From Coleofasciculus chthonoplastes F2-STO-03 (lineage in GTDB: Bacteria > Cyanobacteriota > Cyanobacteriia > Cyanobacteriales > Coleofasciculaceae): a DNA stretch of 64,000 nucleotides. The position numbers and the translations under genes are program-made. Of this stretch, positions 1-10,734 are shown piece by piece; positions within the stretch are counted from its first letter, which is position 1; each line of letters opens with the position of its first letter. The stretch covers positions 18,173 through 82,172 of the forward strand of contig JAVJWO010000176.1 of NCBI GenBank assembly GCA_040222015.1. The letters are read 5' to 3'. A model generated the notes under the pieces. The model was not told where the DNA came from, searched no databases, and worked only from the letters and a program-made list of their open reading frames with translations.

Positions 1-810
1 GAAGATCCATTTAACTTTCTCGATATCCAATCTGACTCCACCAGTTTTGACCTCACCTTTCGTCAACCCCTCCTGGAAACGCCAACCCAGGAATTGGCAG
101 TGGGTTTAACCGCGTCCCGACGCAATACAAAAACCGTTTTCTTAGAAGAGTTGGTGGGAGAAGAAGTGGGTTTTCCCTCGCTGGGTGCTGATCAGGATGG
201 AAGGATTCGGGTTTCAGCCCTACGATTCTTTCAAGAGTGGACTCAACGAGGGGCAAGTGAAGTCTTTGCCCTACGCTCTCAGTTTAATTTGGGTCTGGGT
301 ATCTTTGATGCCACGGTTAATGATGATGAGCCAGATAGTCGCTTCTTTTCCTGGCGGGGTCAAGCCCAGTGGGTGAGACTTTTAGCCCCGGATACATTAC
401 TGGTGCTTCGCGGTGATCTTCAACTGGCGGCTCAAGATTTGTTACCCGTTGAGCAGATTGGTTTAGGGGGGCTAGGGAGTGTGCGCGGCTATCGCCAAGA
501 TATTCGACTCACGGATAATGGAGCCTTTGCCTCGGCTGAGGTGCGGCTGCCCATTTTACGCATTCCTGAGTGGGATGGTATTTTACAGGTGATTCCCTTT
601 GTGGATGTTGGCACAACCTGGAATAACGGCGAGATCGATGATCCTGACCCGAGTAGTTTGGCGGCTCTGGGGTTGGGACTACAATGGCAACAAGGCGATC
701 GCATTACAGCTCGCTTAGATTGGGGGATTCCTCTGATTTCAGTTGATTCTGAGGATGATACCTGGCAAGAAAATGGCGTATATTTTTCAATAACGATTAA
801 TCCGTTTTAA
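1..810 (+). CDS. ShlB/FhaC/HecB (TpsB/Omp85-type) outer-membrane secretion/activation protein, 5'-truncated by window edge
   Basis: Frame open from base 1; VRGY motif (GSVRGYRQD), amphipathic beta-strands, C-terminal Phe. Confidence 0.88.
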   Translation, partial: EDPFNFLDIQSDSTSFDLTFRQPLLETPTQELAVGLTASRRNTKTVFLEELVGEEVGFPSLGADQDGRIRVSALRFFQEWTQRGASEVFALRSQFNLGLGIFDATVNDDEPDSRFFSWRGQAQWVRLLAPDTLLVLRGDLQLAAQDLLPVEQIGLGGLGSVRGYRQDIRLTDNGAFASAEVRLPILRIPEWDGILQVIPFVDVGTTWNNGEIDDPDPSSLAALGLGLQWQQGDRITARLDWGIPLISVDSEDDTWQENGVYFSITINPF

Positions 811-826
811 CTGAATTTTTATAGTA

Positions 827-1663
827 ATGATTGATCATCCTTTTATTATTTAAACCCAATTTCTAAAAGAACACCTCGATGATCCGCAAGTGGTCATCAT
901 TGATTGTCGTTTTGCCCTTGCTGATCCGCAACAGGGATATAAAGAGTATCAGGCGAGTCACATTCCGGGAGCGTATTACTTGGATTTGAACCAAGACCTT
1001 TCCGCCCCCGTGGAACGTCATGGAGGGCGTCATCCCTTACCTGATCCCAACCGAATTGCCGAAAAACTTGCCGCGATTGGGGTCAGATTCGGTGAAACTT
1101 TAGTCGTGGCTTATGATAATTCCCGTTTTGCGTTTGCGGCGCGTCTGTGGTGGTTACTGCGTTACCTGGGACACGATCGCGTGGCGGTACTGGATGGTGG
1201 CTGGGGCGCATGGCAATCTCAAGGGTATCCGGTAACCGATGCGATACCGGCACATCAACCGGGGCAGTTTGTGCCGCAAGTGCGCTCTGACTGGGTGGTT
1301 GATATCAACGGGGTCAAAACCCGGAAAGATTTACCTGACGTCGCTTTAGTCGATTCACGGGCACGCGATCGCTATTTAGGAGAGCATGAACCGATTGACC
1401 CGATTGCCGGTCATATTCCTGGGGCGATTAATTACCCTTGGCAAGAGGTGACTAATGCTCAAAGTTATCTCCACTCCCCTGATCAGCAAAAACAGCGATG
1501 GCAGGATATCCAAGATAAATCAGACATCATTGTCTATTGTGGCTCTGGAGTCACCGCCTGTGTGAATCTCTTATCCCTGGAATTAGCTGGAACAGGAATG
1601 GGTAAGCTTTATGCTGGAAGTTGGAGCGACTGGTGTTCTTACTTAGCAGAAACTTCTGTGTGA
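827..1663 (+). CDS. Tandem-rhodanese sulfurtransferase (SseA/3-MST-like); in-frame TAA at 851-853 after likely ATG 827, alternative GTG start at 890
   Basis: HIPGA twice, RHPLP, CGSGVTA active-site loop, LYAGSWSDW; frame from ATG 827 reads MIDHPFII*TQFLKEHLDDPQVVIIDCRF. Confidence 0.85.
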
Positions 1664-1685
1664 GGTTTACTTTAACGCAACAGAG

Positions 1686-1714
1686 GTAGGTTGGGTTGAG
1701 GAACGAAACCCAAC
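1686..1714. repeat. GTAG-type REP-like palindrome
   Basis: GTAG-GTTGGGTT-GAGGAACG-AAACCCAAC hairpin after a gene end. Confidence 0.65.
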
Positions 1715-1799
1715 AGAATATAGGGCTAAGGTTCCCTTACTACGAAACCAAGCTAATCTACCAAATAAGGTGTGCCACGGTACTACGTTTCTACAAACA

Positions 1800-2001
1800 C
1801 CAAGGTAGAGTTCCGTCTCTCGCCTAGACGTGACTTTCCTTATACCCCACGGTAGAATTGTGCTTATATTCAGTATGTTTAGGAAAAAACATGTAATATT
1901 ATCACACTTGTTGACTTAACTGCAAGCAAGCTTGCTGTTACTGGCGATTCATCCCCAACTAACTCTGATCGGGTATAGTTGGGGATGAATCGCCGAATTC
2001 G
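1800..2001 (-). mobile_element. Non-autonomous IS200/IS605 remnant (left-end hairpin plus tnpB-3'/omegaRNA-like sequence, no ORF)
   Basis: Perfect 19-bp inverted repeat 1943-1961/1976-1994; TTGAT just 5' on the minus strand (2002-2006); minus-strand TACCGTGGGGTATAAGGAAAGTCACGTCTAGGCGAGAGAC resembles cyanobacterial tnpB 3' ends. Confidence 0.5.
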
Positions 2002-2301
2002 ATCAAGTACATCTACAGCTAATGGGTTGGTGTTATTCTCAACCCTGACAATAGCTTGAAGGTAGCGCCCTGTATACGTTCTATCGAGTCGCTAAGGTTT
2101 TCTCAACCAGAGAGAAATCTAGCAACATGAGTTTCTTTGCCAGGAGATTGAACTTGGAGGTGAGAGAGTTAAGAAAATTTAGATAGCGCTAAAACGCTTA
2201 GGAATGACGCCGATAGACTAACTATCAGCCAATATTTAGATTAAAATTGCTAAAATAAGAAGTTGACTTAAATTCTCCAAAACTATTAGGTCTTAGTTTA
2301 T

Positions 2302-2820
2302 ATGCCTTGCTCGATGAACCGTATTTCTATTTTTGTTGACGGGAACAATATGTTCTATGCTCAACAAAAAAATGGCTGGTTCTTTGATCCGAAGCGGGTC
2401 TTAGAACATTTTAGAAAAGAACCCCATATTGTTCTGGTTAACGCATTTTGGTATACCGGATTAAAAGATCCTCAAGATCAGCGCGGATTTAGAGATGCCC
2501 TAATTAGCCTAGGTTACACCGTCCGAACTAAAATTTTAAAAGAGTATTATGATGATAGTTCGGGTCGCTACTCCCAAAAAGCGAATCTTGATATAGAAAT
2601 TGTTGTTGATATGTTTAATACTGTAGAACAATATGACCGAGTTATTCTATTTAGTGGAGATGGTGATTTTGAACGGGCAATCGAATTGCTGCGTTCAAAG
2701 AATACTCATATTACCGTCGTATCAACGGAAGGAATGATTGCCCGAGAATTAAGAAATGCTACAGATCGGTATATCGATTTAAATGATATACGTGATTCTA
2801 TCGAGAAAATGGATTCTTGA
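2302..2820 (+). CDS. labA: LabA/DUF88 NYN-domain protein
   Basis: IFVDGNNMFYAQQKNGWFFDP, SQKANLDIEIVVDMF, FSGDGDF motifs. Confidence 0.88.
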   Translation: MPCSMNRISIFVDGNNMFYAQQKNGWFFDPKRVLEHFRKEPHIVLVNAFWYTGLKDPQDQRGFRDALISLGYTVRTKILKEYYDDSSGRYSQKANLDIEIVVDMFNTVEQYDRVILFSGDGDFERAIELLRSKNTHITVVSTEGMIARELRNATDRYIDLNDIRDSIEKMDS

Positions 2821-2890
2821 TTAACGGCACAAATTAGCCCTGATGATTTAACTCATTGAAGATGAACGAGTTTTGACTGGAGACAATCAA

Positions 2891-4510
2891 ATGAACAAAC
2901 AACCCAATCGAATTATTATTTTTGATACCACGCTGCGCGATGGTGAACAGTGTCCCGGAGCCACATTAAATGTAGAGGAGAAACTGACGATCGCACGGCA
3001 ACTAGCACGACTCGGTGTCGATGTGATTGAAGCGGGGTTCCCTTATGCCAGTGTCGGTGACTTTGAGGCAGTGCAAAAGATTGCCCAAACCGTCGGCGTC
3101 GAGTCGGGACCAACAATTTGTGGGTTAGCGAGAGCCACTCGTCAGGATATCGAAGCCGCCGCCAAAGCCCTCAAACCCGCCGCCCATGGGCGAATTCATA
3201 CATTTATTGCCACATCCGATATTCATCTCAAATATAAACTGAAAAAGACTCGACAAGATGTATTGGCGATCGCAGAGGAAATGGTGGCGTATGCCAAATC
3301 CTTTGTCGAGGATGTGGAGTTTTCCCCCGAAGACGCAGGGCGTTCTGATCCAGAGTTTCTCTACGAAGTGCTAGAACGTGCGATCGCGGCGGGGGCGACA
3401 ACGGTGAATATTCCCGATACCGTCGGCTACACCACCCCCACTGAATTTGGTGCCTTGATTCGCGGGATTAAAGAAAACGTCCCCAATATCGACCAAGCGA
3501 TTATCTCCGTTCATGGTCACAATGACCTAGGATTAGCCGTTGCCAACTTCCTCGAAGCCGTGAAAAATGGGGCGCGACAGTTAGAATGTACAATTAACGG
3601 CATTGGCGAACGGGCAGGAAATGCCGCATTAGAAGAACTCGTCATGGCATTACACGTCCGGCGACAATTTTACAACCCCTATTTGGGACGCCCTGCGGAG
3701 TCAGAGGAGTCTTTAACCAATATTGACACGCGCCAGATTTACAAAACCTCGCGGTTAGTCTCGAATTTAACCGGAATGTTAGTGCAACCGAATAAGGCAA
3801 TTGTCGGTGCTAACGCCTTTGCCCACGAATCGGGAATTCACCAAGATGGCGTCCTCAAAAATAAGCTGACTTACGAAATCATGGATGCCAAGTTAATCGG
3901 TTTAACTGATAATAAGATTGTCTTGGGTAAGCATTCTGGGCGCAACGCCTTCCGCAGCCGCCTGAAGGAATTGGGGTTTGATCTGTCCGAGACGGAGTTG
4001 AATAAGGCATTTGTCCGCTTTAAAGAAGTGGCGGACAAGAAAAAAGAAGTATCGGATTGGGATTTAGAGGCACTGGTTAACGACGAAATCCGCCAAGTTC
4101 CCGAACTCTTCCATTTGGAATTAGTTCAGGTATCCTGTGGGGATCACGCTCGTCCTACGGCTACCGTAACCTTACGCACGCCTGAAGGGGAAGAATTGAT
4201 CGATGCGGCGATTGGAACCGGTCCGGTGGATGCAGTGTATAAAGCGATTAACCGGGTGGTGAATGTTCCGAATGAACTGATTGAATATTCGGTGCAGTCA
4301 GTGACAGCCGGGATTGACGCTCTAGGGGAAGTCACGATTCGGCTACGGTATAATAGTCGCGTCTTTTCCGGTCATGCTGCCAATACCGATATTATTGTGG
4401 CATCAGCCCAAGCTTATGTGAATGCCCTGAACCGACTCTATGGTTGGTTACAGGGGCAAGGTCAACAACAGAGCGATCGCGAGACAGATAAAGCGGTAGC
4501 CTCAGTTTAA
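2891..4510 (+). CDS. leuA: 2-isopropylmalate synthase
   Basis: [35 protein letters not shown]-terminal regulatory domain; ATG at 2891. Confidence 0.97.
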   Translation: MNKQPNRIIIFDTTLRDGEQCPGATLNVEEKLTIARQLARLGVDVIEAGFPYASVGDFEAVQKIAQTVGVESGPTICGLARATRQDIEAAAKALKPAAHGRIHTFIATSDIHLKYKLKKTRQDVLAIAEEMVAYAKSFVEDVEFSPEDAGRSDPEFLYEVLERAIAAGATTVNIPDTVGYTTPTEFGALIRGIKENVPNIDQAIISVHGHNDLGLAVANFLEAVKNGARQLECTINGIGERAGNAALEELVMALHVRRQFYNPYLGRPAESEESLTNIDTRQIYKTSRLVSNLTGMLVQPNKAIVGANAFAHESGIHQDGVLKNKLTYEIMDAKLIGLTDNKIVLGKHSGRNAFRSRLKELGFDLSETELNKAFVRFKEVADKKKEVSDWDLEALVNDEIRQVPELFHLELVQVSCGDHARPTATVTLRTPEGEELIDAAIGTGPVDAVYKAINRVVNVPNELIEYSVQSVTAGIDALGEVTIRLRYNSRVFSGHAANTDIIVASAQAYVNALNRLYGWLQGQGQQQSDRETDKAVASV

Positions 4511-4521
4511 TCCTCCTTGCC

Positions 4522-4554
4522 AGATCCCCGACTTCTTAAAGAAGTCGGGGATCT
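4522..4554. terminator. Palindromic repeat / likely terminator after leuA
   Basis: AGATCCCCGACTTCTT-A-AAGAAGTCGGGGATCT perfect hairpin just after the stop. Confidence 0.55.
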
Positions 4555-4641
4555 AATTTATAATCCAGTCCGCGTAGGCGGACTTTGTTTGTGTAGCAGC
4601 GATTTTAATCGCCGTGGCTTCAGTGGATTTGATATCATCAA

Positions 4642-5301
4642 TTGCATCAATTGGAGCAAAATAGCTTGAGTGTCACTATTCCCATTCGCGCCATTAAACT
4701 AACTCCAGGTAGCACCATTCAGATTTCTGACGTATCTTGGCAAGACTTTGAACAAATTCTGACTGAATTAGGTGAACACCGAAACACCCGCATCGCCTAC
4801 TACCAAGGCATTCTCTCAATCATGTCCCCGTTAGCCATTCATGAACGTCCCCATCGCATCATTGCCGATATTGTTAAAACGATTTTAGATAGCCAAGAGC
4901 GGGATTGGGAAGACTTTGGTTCAACAACCTTCAAGCGTCCAGTTATTGCTGGTGTTGAACCCGATACCTGTCTCTATATCCAAAACGCCAACCGTGTCCA
5001 AGGTTGCACGATGATGGATTTGGATATTTACCCACCCCCTGATCTGGCTATTGAGTGCGATGTTACCTCAAAAACCACCCTTGACGCCTACGCCGCTTTA
5101 CGAGTTCCAGAAGTTTGGATTTATCGCCATCATCAGCTTAGAATTTATATTTTCCGCAATGGGGACTATAGTCTCTCAACAGAAACAGCCATCTTTCCTG
5201 ATATGTCGATTACCGAACTAATTCCCCCATTGGTGCAACAAGCCATTGAACAGGGAACCAGTCGGATGTTGCGGGAATTGAGGCGACAATTGAGTCGATG
5301 A
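4642..5301 (+). CDS. Uma2 (DUF820) family PD-(D/E)XK endonuclease-like protein; start uncertain
   Basis: VSWQDFE, GSTTF, GVEPDTCLY, PPPDLAIECDVTS, YAALRVPEVW. Confidence 0.9.
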   Translation: MHQLEQNSLSVTIPIRAIKLTPGSTIQISDVSWQDFEQILTELGEHRNTRIAYYQGILSIMSPLAIHERPHRIIADIVKTILDSQERDWEDFGSTTFKRPVIAGVEPDTCLYIQNANRVQGCTMMDLDIYPPPDLAIECDVTSKTTLDAYAALRVPEVWIYRHHQLRIYIFRNGDYSLSTETAIFPDMSITELIPPLVQQAIEQGTSRMLRELRRQLSR

Positions 5302-5343
5302 GATATAGAAATAATAACCTCAGATCTTGCACTCGCGATCGCG

Positions 5344-6204
5344 ATGATTCAACCCATTCCATTGTCTGCTGTATCAGGATACCGTTCCCAGGCTGAAGAC
5401 ACCAGTATAGAAACCGATAAACTGACATTCCACTTACTCCGACAACGGACACCGGGCGATCGGTTGAAAATGGCAGCCTCGCTGACAAAGAGCGCCCGTA
5501 AGCTGTCGTTGTGTTCTCTAAGCCAACAATTTGCACATCTTTCCCCAACCCAGTTCGCCCAAAAAATTGCCAGAGCGTGGTTACAAGACCATTGCCCTGC
5601 TAATTACATTCCCACCGTCAAGTCACAAATGTGGATTCAGGATTCGGTACAGTTAGCGGTTAAACTTCATCCCATTTTTACCGCCTTGTCCATTCCCTAT
5701 TACATCACGGGTGGGATAGCAGCAATTGCTTACGGTGAACCCCGGACAACACAGGATTTAGATTTGGTGATTGGGATTTCTCCCACTGATATTGATCGCC
5801 TTACCGACGCCCTCAGCGAGTGTGGTTTTTATGTTCCTGGTGTTGATGATGTGAAATTGGGTCGGATGAGAACCCTGCAAATTACTGATATGGAGAGCAT
5901 TAGCCGTGCTGATTTGCTGATAACTGGAACAGAGGAATTTGATCGCCTAAAGTTTGAGCGCCGACGGCTGATTGAGTTTGAAGACACGATGCTCTATTTT
6001 GCTTCTCCTGAAGATGTTATTTTAAGTAAACTCCGATGGAGGCAGGGTTCAGGTTCGGACAAACAATGGCGTGATGTCTTGGCAGTTCTCAAGGTACAAG
6101 GGGAACAACTTGATTTTGATTATTTATGGGAGTGGGCTGAAAATTTGGGTTTAACATTTGACCTAGACCGAGCTTTTACCGAAGCTGGCTTGTTTGGTTT
6201 TTGA
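5344..6204 (+). CDS. Nucleotidyltransferase (DUF6036/AbiEii-like) with N-terminal helical antitoxin-like domain
   Basis: YYITGGIAAIAYGEPRTTQDLDL, SPEDVILSKL, SDKQWRDV; about 95-aa N-terminal extension. Confidence 0.7.
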   Translation: MIQPIPLSAVSGYRSQAEDTSIETDKLTFHLLRQRTPGDRLKMAASLTKSARKLSLCSLSQQFAHLSPTQFAQKIARAWLQDHCPANYIPTVKSQMWIQDSVQLAVKLHPIFTALSIPYYITGGIAAIAYGEPRTTQDLDLVIGISPTDIDRLTDALSECGFYVPGVDDVKLGRMRTLQITDMESISRADLLITGTEEFDRLKFERRRLIEFEDTMLYFASPEDVILSKLRWRQGSGSDKQWRDVLAVLKVQGEQLDFDYLWEWAENLGLTFDLDRAFTEAGLFGF

Positions 6205-6473
6205 GCTTCAGGGGTTCCCTGATTTCTTCTTTATTGTTAGGGCGCGATCGCCTTTTTTTTTACCGACAAAGGTGATATTATCCCAGGGCGACCCGAGTCA
6301 ATTGAGTGGACAAAATTGGGCATTTGTGCAAGCGGGTCGCCCCTACAGGAGAATCAAAGGTGATGTACTCTCGATTCTATCTACCTTGCTCACCACCTTT
6401 CTTAAAATATGATCAGGTAGTATAAAATAAACCATGACAGATTCTTTTTCCTTCTAGATTGCTTACCCACAAC

Positions 6474-7274
6474 ATGATTGACGAAACTCTCAGCAAAGAA
6501 CGCCAGTTCCATGATAACTGGGCAGCCGCCATTGATGTCGATGGCATTCGCGTGGCTGATTATTTTGAAGCCTGTACTGCCCCAGAAAACCGATTTATTC
6601 TGCAACAACTGGGCGATATTCGCGGTAAACGTCTCTTAGATTTAGGCTGTGGTGCAGGTGAAAATAGCGTTTATTTTGCCCAAAAAGGCGCGAATTGTGT
6701 CGCCGCTGACTATTCAGCCGGAATGGTAGAGGTGGCGCTAAAATTAGCAGCAGCTAACGGCGTTAATATTGAGGGACACACAGCGAATGCTATGGCGCTG
6801 GATTTTGCCGACAATACGTTTGATATTGTTTATGCGTCCAATTTATTGCACCATATTCCTGATCCCAAAATCGCCCTAAAGGAAATGCACCGTGTTCTCA
6901 AACCTGGAGGAAAAGCCTGTTTTTGGGACCCGCTAAAGCATAATCCTGTGATTAATGTCTATCGGCGTATGGCGACTGAGGTGCGTACCGATGATGAAAT
7001 GCCGTTGGATATTAATATTGTCAAAGTGGTCAAGTTTCTTTTTTCGCAAGTAAGCTATGATACATTTTGGCTGGCAAGCCTTTGGATTTTCTTGCGATTC
7101 TATTTAATTGAAAAGGTTGATCCCAATCAGGAACGTTACTGGAAAAAGATTATTATCGAATATAAACGATTAAATCCGACGTATCGGCGGCTGGAGACAA
7201 TTGATCAGAGTTTAAAAAAGATTCCTTTGATGAAACGGTTTGCGTGGAATATCGCTGTTGTTGCGACGAAGTAA
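6474..7274 (+). CDS. Class I SAM-dependent methyltransferase
   Basis: LLDLGCGAG, FDIVYASNLLHH, RVLKPGG. Confidence 0.9.
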   Translation: MIDETLSKERQFHDNWAAAIDVDGIRVADYFEACTAPENRFILQQLGDIRGKRLLDLGCGAGENSVYFAQKGANCVAADYSAGMVEVALKLAAANGVNIEGHTANAMALDFADNTFDIVYASNLLHHIPDPKIALKEMHRVLKPGGKACFWDPLKHNPVINVYRRMATEVRTDDEMPLDINIVKVVKFLFSQVSYDTFWLASLWIFLRFYLIEKVDPNQERYWKKIIIEYKRLNPTYRRLETIDQSLKKIPLMKRFAWNIAVVATK

Positions 7275-7467
7275 TTCCTGAAAAAATACATTCAGAATAC
7301 AGATGACAAAAGGAAAAGAGTAAGGTAGCCAAATGACAGGAAACAATAACGGTTTCGGCGGATATGATATCATGAATCGAAATCAACCGAAAAATCTTAG
7401 CCTTAGCTAACCCAATCTATATTTTTTTGACCCTTTGCAACCCTCGATGGCAAGTTTTTAAACTTTG

Positions 7468-7704
7468 TCAAGACGCGATCGCGACCTCCTGGATACAGCT
7501 TCCTGGGGATAGTCCGGAAAAGAATCGTTCACGAGACTCTTGCCTAACCAAGCCTTCCATGACCGCTTGCTGCAATCGAATGAAGGCTTTCAAGTCTTCT
7601 GTACCATAGTTTCTAGATAGAAGCTGGCGCAGTTGATTTTCCGATTCCAGGGTTAAATAACCGGTTAATAGCGCTTGTTGAGTAATTTCACAAATTAGAT
7701 TCAT
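7468..7704 (-). CDS. Small conserved cyanobacterial hypothetical protein
   Basis: ORF MNLICEITQQALLTGYLTLESENQLRQLL...VRQESRE; ATG 7704 chosen. Confidence 0.65.
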   Translation of the reverse strand: MNLICEITQQALLTGYLTLESENQLRQLLSRNYGTEDLKAFIRLQQAVMEGLVRQESRERFFSGLSPGSCIQEVAIAS

Positions 7705-8160
7705 GCCTTCTTGTCCTTCTTGAGATGTCTGTTCAAGATCAGGTGAGATTGTATCACCAACTGTATCCAAATCTACGATTGCACTTCAATGGCAACCCAG
7801 GATTATTATCGAAAAAGACGTACTCCTTAAGGGTTTGTTTCAAGGTTGCGCTGATACGCCCCACGTTCTTGATTAAAGATTACATTTATTTACACAAAAC
7901 CTTGACTCCGTTGATAAGTGCCTAACCGTATAGTGAGTAACTTAGCTAAATCATTATGTTTTGGGTATCCTTCTGAAGAAAGAATTAATCTAAATTAGCT
8001 GTGACAAAAAGGCAGGATGCACCGAACCCGACCCAATACCCGCTCTCCGAGACGCGATCGCTTCGGGTGCATCCAGGATTGATATGGCTGCCAGGGGCGT
8101 TGCCTGGTATAGTTAATGGCAAAAACTTAAACTATAAAATCATTTCTACTCTTGCTACCG

Positions 8161-8973
8161 ATGAAGTCTTACCTTGCCGCTGCTGTGCAAATGACAAGCT
8201 TGCCTGACCTAGAGAAGAATCTGGTTGAGGCAGAAACATTGATTGAACTGGCGGTGCGCCAAGGCGCTGAGCTGATTACTTTACCCGAAAACTTCTCGTT
8301 CCTCGGTAAAGAAGAAGACAAAGTGGCACAAGCTGACGCGATCGCCCTCCAGAGTGAAAAATTCCTCAAAACCATGGCACAGCGCTTTCAGATCACGCTG
8401 CTTGGGGGAGGATTTCCTGTGCCTGTAGATGATACAAAAGTTTACAACACCGCCTTGCTCATCGATCCCAATGGCGTTGAACTGGTGCGTTATCAAAAAG
8501 TTCACTTATTCGATGTGAATGTCCCCGATGGCAACACCTATCAAGAGTCGAGTACGGTGATGCCAGGGGATCAATTACCACCCGTTTGCCACTCCGAAAC
8601 ATTGGGTAACTTAGGACTATCGGTGTGCTATGATGTTCGCTTCCCAGAACTTTACCGTCATTTAGCCGATAAAGGGGCTGACATTTTGTTTGTTCCGGCT
8701 GCCTTTACCGCGTATACGGGAAAAGATCATTGGCAAGTCCTACTCCAAGCACGAGCCATTGAAAACACCTGTTACGTGATTGCACCCGCCCAAACAGGAC
8801 GTCATTACGCCATGCGTAAAACCCACGGTCATGCCATGATTGTTGACCCTTGGGGGGTGATTTTAGCCGATGCTGGCGATCAACCGGGTGTCGCGATCGC
8901 AGAAATTAATCCGACTCGCCTTGAACAAGTTCGCCGCCAGATGCCATCCCTAGAACATCGGGTTTTTATTTGA
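8161..8973 (+). CDS. Carbon-nitrogen hydrolase (Nit1/deaminated glutathione amidase-like)
   Basis: LPENF, YQKVHLFD, VCYDVRFPE (Glu-Lys-Cys triad), ARAIEN. Confidence 0.93.
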   Translation: MKSYLAAAVQMTSLPDLEKNLVEAETLIELAVRQGAELITLPENFSFLGKEEDKVAQADAIALQSEKFLKTMAQRFQITLLGGGFPVPVDDTKVYNTALLIDPNGVELVRYQKVHLFDVNVPDGNTYQESSTVMPGDQLPPVCHSETLGNLGLSVCYDVRFPELYRHLADKGADILFVPAAFTAYTGKDHWQVLLQARAIENTCYVIAPAQTGRHYAMRKTHGHAMIVDPWGVILADAGDQPGVAIAEINPTRLEQVRRQMPSLEHRVFI

Positions 8974-9078
8974 TGGGTCATTGGTCTTATGTTTTTTGGA
9001 TGTGAAGTGACCAAACCGGATTAGACAACTGGTTTTGCCGTAAAAATTTGTTAAGCCTAAATTTACAAGATAAAACCT

Positions 9079-9783
9079 ATGGATGCTACAGAAATTCGGT
9101 CGCGTTATGCCGCAGGTGAAAGAAATTTTCGCAGTGTCAATCTGAGTGGTGCTGACCTAAACCAAGCTGACCTAAGTTATTCTGATTTGAGTGGTGCTAA
9201 TCTAAGCGAAGCTAATTTACAAGGTGCCAATCTAACGGGTGCGGATCTCATTTTTACCACCCTCAGTGATGCGGATTTGAGAGGGGCTAATCTGAGTGAG
9301 GCAAACCTGATTGGCGCAAAGATGGGTGTTGCTAACCTGAGTGAGGCAAATCTGATCGGTGCCAACTTAATCAGTGCAGAACTCAGTGGTGCTAACCTCA
9401 AGAGCGCCAGCCTGAGTCGCGCTTATCTGAGTGATGCGAGTTTAATTAAAGTTAACTTGAGCGACGCTAACTTAAGCGGTGCTAATCTAAGTATTACCAA
9501 TCTCATCGGAGCGGATCTCAGCGGTGCTAACCTAATTAGTGCTGATCTCAATGGGGCTAACTTGATTGAAGCCAATCTCAGTGGTGCCAATTTGAGTGAA
9601 GCCAAATTGTATCGAGCCAACCTAGCTCATGCCAAGCTAAATGGAGCATTATTGTGTCATGCCGATCTGCGAGACGCCAACTTAGCTAGCGCGGATTTGA
9701 CCGATGCCAATCTAGATCAAGCTAAGCTAGAAGGAACCTTGATCAGTTTGACTGGAGATTCCCAAACCAGTTCCGTGACTTAG
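9079..9783 (+). CDS. Pentapeptide repeat protein
   Basis: A(N/D)LSG-type repeats throughout; N-terminal RYAAGERNF. Confidence 0.95.
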   Translation: MDATEIRSRYAAGERNFRSVNLSGADLNQADLSYSDLSGANLSEANLQGANLTGADLIFTTLSDADLRGANLSEANLIGAKMGVANLSEANLIGANLISAELSGANLKSASLSRAYLSDASLIKVNLSDANLSGANLSITNLIGADLSGANLISADLNGANLIEANLSGANLSEAKLYRANLAHAKLNGALLCHADLRDANLASADLTDANLDQAKLEGTLISLTGDSQTSSVT

Positions 9784-9874
9784 GATTCCGGTATCCTCTG
9801 GTTCGTGCTAAAACTTAGCATTGGGAAAAGCTAGTTCAAGCTGAATTCCCAACAAACAAAACCTACCTACACCT

Positions 9875-10615
9875 ATGGATGCAAACGAATTTCGGTCACG
9901 TTACGCAGCAGGAGAGCGAAGTTTTCAGAATGCTGACCTGCGTGATGCCGACTTGCGTAATGCTGACTTGCGCGATACTGACTTACGAGGGGCTGACCTC
10001 ATGGGGGCTAACCTGCGTAATGCTGACCTCAGTGATGCTAACTTACGAGATGCCAAACTAATTGGAGCGGATCTCAGTAAAGCTGATCTGATTATTGCCA
10101 CGCTCAGTAATGCGGATCTCAGAGATGCTAACCTCAAAGATGCGAATTTGATTGGCAGCAAACTTGGCGTTGCCAACCTGCGGTATGCCAATCTCAATGG
10201 CGCTAACTTGAGTGGAGCTGAACTGAGTTGTGCGGATATGAGTCATTGCAGTCTGATGATTGCTTACCTGAGCGGCGCTAACTTGATCAAAGCGAATTTG
10301 AGTGACGCCGATCTCACCGGCGCTAATCTCAGTATCACCAATATGATTGGAGTCAACCTCACCAATGCTAATCTGAGTGGGGTTAACTTGAGTGGGGCGA
10401 ACCTCATTGAAGCTAATCTCACAGAAGCTAAACTGAATGGAGCCAATTTAGGTCGGTCTAATTTAGCTTATGCCAAGTTAACGGCGGCGATTTTAAAAGA
10501 TGCGGATTTAAGCGACGCCAATTTAGCCGGAACAGACTTGACAAATGTCAAACTTGATAGCACCAAACTAGAAGGGACAATCCTTGAGGTCACCTCTTTA
10601 AACTTAGTGGAATGA
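9875..10615 (+). CDS. Pentapeptide repeat protein (paralog of upstream gene)
   Basis: Same N-terminus and shared KLGVANL, AYLS, ANLSITN, KLEGT landmarks. Confidence 0.95.
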   Translation: MDANEFRSRYAAGERSFQNADLRDADLRNADLRDTDLRGADLMGANLRNADLSDANLRDAKLIGADLSKADLIIATLSNADLRDANLKDANLIGSKLGVANLRYANLNGANLSGAELSCADMSHCSLMIAYLSGANLIKANLSDADLTGANLSITNMIGVNLTNANLSGVNLSGANLIEANLTEAKLNGANLGRSNLAYAKLTAAILKDADLSDANLAGTDLTNVKLDSTKLEGTILEVTSLNLVE

Positions 10616-10734
10616 ATTGGATAGTTCTCCCCCCGACTGTAGAGACGTAGCATGCTACGTCTCTACCATAAGATACGTCCTAACCGCTATGGCGATTGCT
10701 ATATTTGGGAAAATACGGATTTGCTACAAATAAA

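Noticed and set aside
9177..10653. Antisense ORFs with RLAPLRSA-type repeats
   Set aside because: Shadows of the pentapeptide-repeat genes
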